A stretch of 64,000 nucleotides of DNA, taken from contig JAYZFK010000062.1 in assembly GCA_036336835.1 (NCBI GenBank), forward strand, positions 64,001 to 128,000. The letters run 5' to 3'. The notes under the pieces were generated by a model. It did not search any database and was not told the origin of the DNA. It saw only the letters and a program-made list of their open reading frames with translations. This DNA is from Myxococcota bacterium. GTDB taxonomy: Bacteria > Myxococcota_A > UBA9160 > UBA4427. The translations under genes were made by a program, and so were the position numbers. Every line of letters begins with the position of its first letter. Position 1 is the stretch's first letter. Positions 59,869 to 64,000 of this stretch are shown in pieces.

Positions 59869-60458
59869 CGTTCGATCTTCCCGCCCTTTGAATTCTCGGC
59901 CGGCCAGGGATAGTCGGTGTACTGGATGCCCTGGAACAGACCGACTCGAGCACCCTCGATCGTGTAGATCTCCTCGCCGTCGACCAGCACGCGTCCGTTT
60001 CCGAGCACGATCGACGCGCCCTTGTCGGGCATGTCGCTGTAGCGGCGGACATCGATGTCGTAAGTCACAACGCTGTCGTGCGGCCGGATCTGGCCGAAGA
60101 AATCGACTTCCTTGCAACCGAGTGCGCGGCCCGCCCCGAGCCCCCCGCGCCAGTTGCAGTAGAAGCCGAGCATCTGCCAGATCGCGTCCACACCGAGGCA
60201 GCCGGGCTGCACCGGGTCGGCATTGAAGTGACACTGGAAGTACCAGGCGGACAGCTGGATATCCTGCTCGGCGACGAGCTTGCCACGCGCACCGTCGGCG
60301 CGGATCTCGACCACGCGATCGACCATCATCATCGGTGGCGTGGGCAGCCGCGCGGCGAATCCGTCCGGCGGATCCTTGACCAGCCGACCGTACGCGAACG
60401 CCAACAAATCCGATTGAGTGAAGTGATCGCGCGCCTTGAATTCGTCGTAAGTGAGCAT
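59865..60458 (-). CDS. fabA: 3-hydroxydecanoyl-ACP dehydratase/isomerase
   Basis: LPTPPMMMVDR, WYFQCHF..DPVQPGCLGVDAIWQ (FabA-type Asp), GRALG. Confidence 0.9.
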   Translation of the reverse strand: MLTYDEFKARDHFTQSDLLAFAYGRLVKDPPDGFAARLPTPPMMMVDRVVEIRADGARGKLVAEQDIQLSAWYFQCHFNADPVQPGCLGVDAIWQMLGFYCNWRGGLGAGRALGCKEVDFFGQIRPHDSVVTYDIDVRRYSDMPDKGASIVLGNGRVLVDGEEIYTIEGARVGLFQGIQYTDYPWPAENSKGGKIER

Positions 60459-60475
60459 TCGCCCTCAATGCGATC

Positions 60476-61465
60476 CTAGGACGTGAAGTGGATCCAGTAT
60501 CCCGCCCAGCTAAGACCCGAGCCGACGCCAACGACACCGATGTCGTCGAGATCGGTCCACTTGTCCCACTCCATCGAGATCACGGATGCTGCGCTTGCAC
60601 AGCCGGTGTTGCCATACCACTCGACGTTGGAGTGGTGGGAATCGTCCGGAATCTCGCAGCGCCGGCATACGGTTTCGAGCATTCGCAGGTTCGCCTGGTG
60701 CCCGACGAAGTGGAAGCGGCGTTCGGGATCCTCGTATTCGGCGCGCAGGGCTACGAGCACCTCGCACGTCTTCTTGATCGCGAACATCTGCACCTTGCGG
60801 CCGTCCTGCGCGAAGTGGCCGAGCCGCGGCACGGTCACGTGTCCAGCCCCAGCAGGACTCGAGGCCAGACGACTCCCATCGATCCGCGCGCGCCCCGGCT
60901 CTGTGAGTGAGATCACCACCGCCGCCGCAGCATCGCCCCAGAGCACTGCCGAGGAGCGATCGTTGTAATCAACGGTCCGCGACAGCGCCTCGGGAGCGCA
61001 CACGAGCACGTAGGGCGGCAGCGCGTCAGCGCGCATCAGTGACAGCACGTAGAGCTGAGCGAAAAGGCTCGTACACGCCGAGTTGATGTCGAAGGTCGGC
61101 ACCTCGAGACCGAGTTCGCGAGCGATGTAGGCGGCTTCGCAGGGCGAGGCACTATCCGGCGCCGACGAGCCCGAAATGACCATGCCGATTGCTTCGGGCG
61201 AGATGCCAGCTCGATCGATCGCGAGCCGTGAGGCGCGCGCAGCCATGTCGGGGTTCGAGTGCTCGGCAGCCTCGAGGCCCGCGCGCGGGTCGACGTTCCG
61301 GGTGGCCCTGATGTAGTCGAGCGGCATCGTCGTGCGGCGAGCTCGGATGCCCACGCGCTCCATGATCCACTCCTCGTTGGTACCGATATCGAGATCCTCG
61401 AGGAAACGGTTGCTGATCTCGTTTCGGGGCTGGAAGTGGCCGAGTCCGTGGAGGTGCAGGGTCAC
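60476..61465 (-). CDS. Ketoacyl-ACP synthase III (FabH-like)
   Basis: C-H-N triad (SACTS, HQAN, GNTG); EWIMERVGI, WGDAAAA. Confidence 0.9.
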   Translation of the reverse strand: MTLHLHGLGHFQPRNEISNRFLEDLDIGTNEEWIMERVGIRARRTTMPLDYIRATRNVDPRAGLEAAEHSNPDMAARASRLAIDRAGISPEAIGMVISGSSAPDSASPCEAAYIARELGLEVPTFDINSACTSLFAQLYVLSLMRADALPPYVLVCAPEALSRTVDYNDRSSAVLWGDAAAAVVISLTEPGRARIDGSRLASSPAGAGHVTVPRLGHFAQDGRKVQMFAIKKTCEVLVALRAEYEDPERRFHFVGHQANLRMLETVCRRCEIPDDSHHSNVEWYGNTGCASAASVISMEWDKWTDLDDIGVVGVGSGLSWAGYWIHFTS

Positions 61466-62433
61466 CGGGTCGCCCCCGAAATGTGCTCGCCGCCGTCGAC
61501 GCGGATCACCTCGCCGTTGATCCATCCCGCAGCTGGAAGCGCAAGCAGGTGGATCACACTCGCGATGTCCTGCGGCGTGGTCAGGCGACCCAACGGATTG
61601 CGCAGCCGCGCCTGGGCCTTGAGGTGGTCACTGCCCGGGATGGCGGCCAGGGCCGGAGTCTCGGTGACTCCTGCCTGGATCACGTTGCAGCGGATCCCGT
61701 GCGGCCCGAACTCCACCGCGATCGAACGCGCCAACGCCTCGAGCGACACCTTGGCCGCAGACACGGCGGCATAGCCCTTCCACGCCACCTCGTTTCCCTC
61801 GCTCGTCAGCCCGAAGACTCGTGCATCGTCGGCGAACAGCTTGCGTGAGAACAGCTCCTGCACCCACCCGAGCAGGCTGGTTCCCATCGAGAGGATGGTC
61901 CGGGCGAAGTCTTCCTCGTCCAGATAGGAGCGCTCGGGGTACTGGGCCGGGCTGGTGAGGGGATGGAGCCCGTCCTCGTCGCCTTCGCCGAATATCTCGT
62001 CGGCGGCCTCGATCAGTCTCTCGGGGTCGAGCCCGAGCCGGGCCGCCAGCGCGGCGGCCGCGGTGCGCGGCTGCACCTTCTCGGGTGCGATCAGCTTCAG
62101 GTTTCCGAACGCGATCGAGTGGAGCAGCACCCGTACGCAGCCGTTCACGCCGAGCGCCTCTGCCAGCTCGTCGAGCACACCCGTCCGCTTCTCGGGACTG
62201 ATCGCGTCGACGTTCCAGGTGCGCAGCTCGACACCAAGGCCCTGGAGCTTCTCGAACTCCGGCTCGATGCGCGCCATGGCACCGCGACGATCGCGGTGGA
62301 CAATCGCCACGTTCATGCCCCGCTCGGCGAGCTTCTGCGCCGTCGCGAGGCCCATGCCGCTCGAACCACCCAGGATCAGCGCCCAGGAACTGCTGGGAAA
62401 GTCACTCGCCAAGTTCCATCCTCCAGAGGACAC
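61462..62433 (-). CDS. Enoyl-ACP reductase-like SDR (FabL/FabI-type)
   Basis: LGGSSGMG, YxxxxxxK motif (YAAVSAAK), TETPALAAIPG, NPLGRLTTP. Confidence 0.8.
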   Translation of the reverse strand: MSSGGWNLASDFPSSSWALILGGSSGMGLATAQKLAERGMNVAIVHRDRRGAMARIEPEFEKLQGLGVELRTWNVDAISPEKRTGVLDELAEALGVNGCVRVLLHSIAFGNLKLIAPEKVQPRTAAAALAARLGLDPERLIEAADEIFGEGDEDGLHPLTSPAQYPERSYLDEEDFARTILSMGTSLLGWVQELFSRKLFADDARVFGLTSEGNEVAWKGYAAVSAAKVSLEALARSIAVEFGPHGIRCNVIQAGVTETPALAAIPGSDHLKAQARLRNPLGRLTTPQDIASVIHLLALPAAGWINGEVIRVDGGEHISGATR

Positions 62434-62715
62434 GAGACGCGGCGGCCGCCTTGAAGACCGCGGGGGAGCTACAAAGCACGCCCGGAAGGCCCTAGCTTGC
62501 GCCGTCCGAGCGAACGTAGCTGAACGATCTCACGCCGAATGTAAAGGCTTTGCAAGATCTCGCTGCGCGAGTCCTTCGACTCACCGAGGGGGGACAGCGA
62601 TGAATAGCAGATCCTGACTTCGAGTCATACAACCTCAGCGTTGCCCCGCGGGGAATTCGGGCGCCGCAGTAGACGGTCCCGGAGCAAACGCGGGCTCGGC
62701 TCGAGCTCGGCACCG

Positions 62716-63708
62716 CTACGGAGCGACCAGCCCCTTTGCCTGGAGCCCGAGACCGACAATCGCTTCGCGCGGCACCGCAACGACGTCCTCGTTCGGCTGT
62801 TTCGAGCCTTCGAATCGATACGGAACCAGGCGGTACGCGCCATTGATCAGCTCGCCGCGCACGGCTGCGAACCCGAACAACAGGTAGCCATCCGGGAAGG
62901 CCGCGCGAATCTCGGCAGTCGACTTGAAGGTGACGTCGAGATGGTCCTTGTGCGTGATCTCGACGACGACGACCGGCCGGTCGCGCTCGAGGCTCGCGCG
63001 CAGGCCGGCGAGGACTGGCTTCTCGTAGCTCTCGACGTCGATCTTCATGAGATCGATGCGCGGGATGCGACCGCTCTCGACGAGTGAATCACCGGTGACG
63101 ATCTTCAGCTTGCGGTGACTGGGCCGGTTCGCCTCGGAGAATCCCTCGACGAAGCTTCCGATTCCGAGGTTGCCTTCGGGCGGCTCGAAGAACTCGAGCT
63201 CCTCGTCTGCCGCTCCGAGCCCAACCATATGAGTGATGATGTTGTCGATGTCATTCAGCTCGATGTGCTCGTATAGCCGCTCTAGCGCTCTGTCCCAGGG
63301 CTCGATCGCGTGGACTTCGGCGGCATGCTGCGACATGAAGAGCGAGTGCTGGCCCGTATTGGCACCGACGTCGACGAAGGAGAGCTCCGCCTCGCCGAGC
63401 GCTGCCGCCACGTCGCGCAGGAAGAACAGCAGTGGCTTCTCCCAGGCTCCGTACAGCATCACGTGGCGGTCGAGAATGCCGCGCGAGTTGCCCGTGTAGC
63501 GGAGCCCGAAGAAGTCGATCTCGAACTCGACGGGCTGGCGAGGACTGTGGACGACGATTTGCCGCTCGGCCTCGGGGCAATCGCGGCGGGTCGCGGCCTC
63601 GACCTCGCGGTCCCGTGTCGCCGCCTGCCACACGATCGTGGCCACGAGAACGAGTACCAGCGCGATGAGTGCCCGTTCGAGAGCAGTCCGGTCGGCGACG
63701 ATCGACAT
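62716..63708 (-). CDS. FkbM family SAM-dependent methyltransferase with an N-terminal TM helix
   Basis: FVDVGANTG, AIEP, LMKIDVESYE; GAGGAGAGG RBS. Confidence 0.88.
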   Translation of the reverse strand: MSIVADRTALERALIALVLVLVATIVWQAATRDREVEAATRRDCPEAERQIVVHSPRQPVEFEIDFFGLRYTGNSRGILDRHVMLYGAWEKPLLFFLRDVAAALGEAELSFVDVGANTGQHSLFMSQHAAEVHAIEPWDRALERLYEHIELNDIDNIITHMVGLGAADEELEFFEPPEGNLGIGSFVEGFSEANRPSHRKLKIVTGDSLVESGRIPRIDLMKIDVESYEKPVLAGLRASLERDRPVVVVEITHKDHLDVTFKSTAEIRAAFPDGYLLFGFAAVRGELINGAYRLVPYRFEGSKQPNEDVVAVPREAIVGLGLQAKGLVAP

Positions 63709-63755
63709 GCGTTCACCTCTCCTCGAGACGGCCACGACTGCCCAACCCGAGAGTC

Positions 63756-64000
63756 CTACGGGCCCGGTTGGTCCCCGGCCACGGTCTTCGCCTGGAGACC
63801 GATCTCCTGCAACATGCCCGACAGCTCGGAGCGGAGCGCGACGCGGACCGCGACTCCTCGAGGCAGCGCCTGCTGCAGCTTCGCGAAGTATCGGCGATCG
63901 GGCCGGCCGTCGACGATCACGACGATACCGCGGTCCTCCTCGCTGCGGATCAGCCGGCCGGTCATCTGCTTGAGGTGCAACAGCATCTTGCCGAGCGCGA
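63756..64000 (-). CDS. C-terminus of a DinG/YoaA-family helicase (5' part outside the window)
   Basis: LKQMTGRLIRSEEDRGIVVIVDGR (helicase motif VI region). Confidence 0.85.
   Translation of the reverse strand, partial: ALGKMLLHLKQMTGRLIRSEEDRGIVVIVDGRPDRRYFAKLQQALPRGVAVRVALRSELSGMLQEIGLQAKTVAGDQPGP

Overview
GC-rich, gene-dense chromosomal window. The gene set (PlsB-like acyltransferase, RNase D, CofG/CofH, second DnaA, single-chain acyl-CoA carboxylase) suggests a Myxococcota/deltaproteobacterial-type bacterium; this is inference. About 55 CDS are supported, mostly housekeeping and lipid/cofactor metabolism: proS, acs, pepP, mutY, aroC, thiC with a TPP riboswitch, cofG/cofH, a sulfite reductase-cysteine synthase operon, and a ~13 kb type II fatty-acid-synthase-like operon with a 1869-aa single-chain carboxylase. 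I saw no tRNA, rRNA, CRISPR array, transposase or phage gene. Best candidates for undescribed biology: (1) a small Wss1/WLM-like zinc metalloprotease ending in the canonical beta-clamp-binding motif QLSLF, next to a Lon-N-domain gene and a divergent DnaA paralog that lacks the arginine finger; (2) an unannotated, highly structured ~190-nt sRNA with a complete sigma54 promoter architecture (-24/-12, two consensus IHF sites, two candidate activator sites) convergent on rnd; (3) a second ~80-nt sRNA candidate behind a sigma28-like promoter; (4) the self-contained FAS-II/ACC operon, whose fabZ-like gene has an in-frame amber codon. All family calls come from motif recognition by eye; no searches were run.
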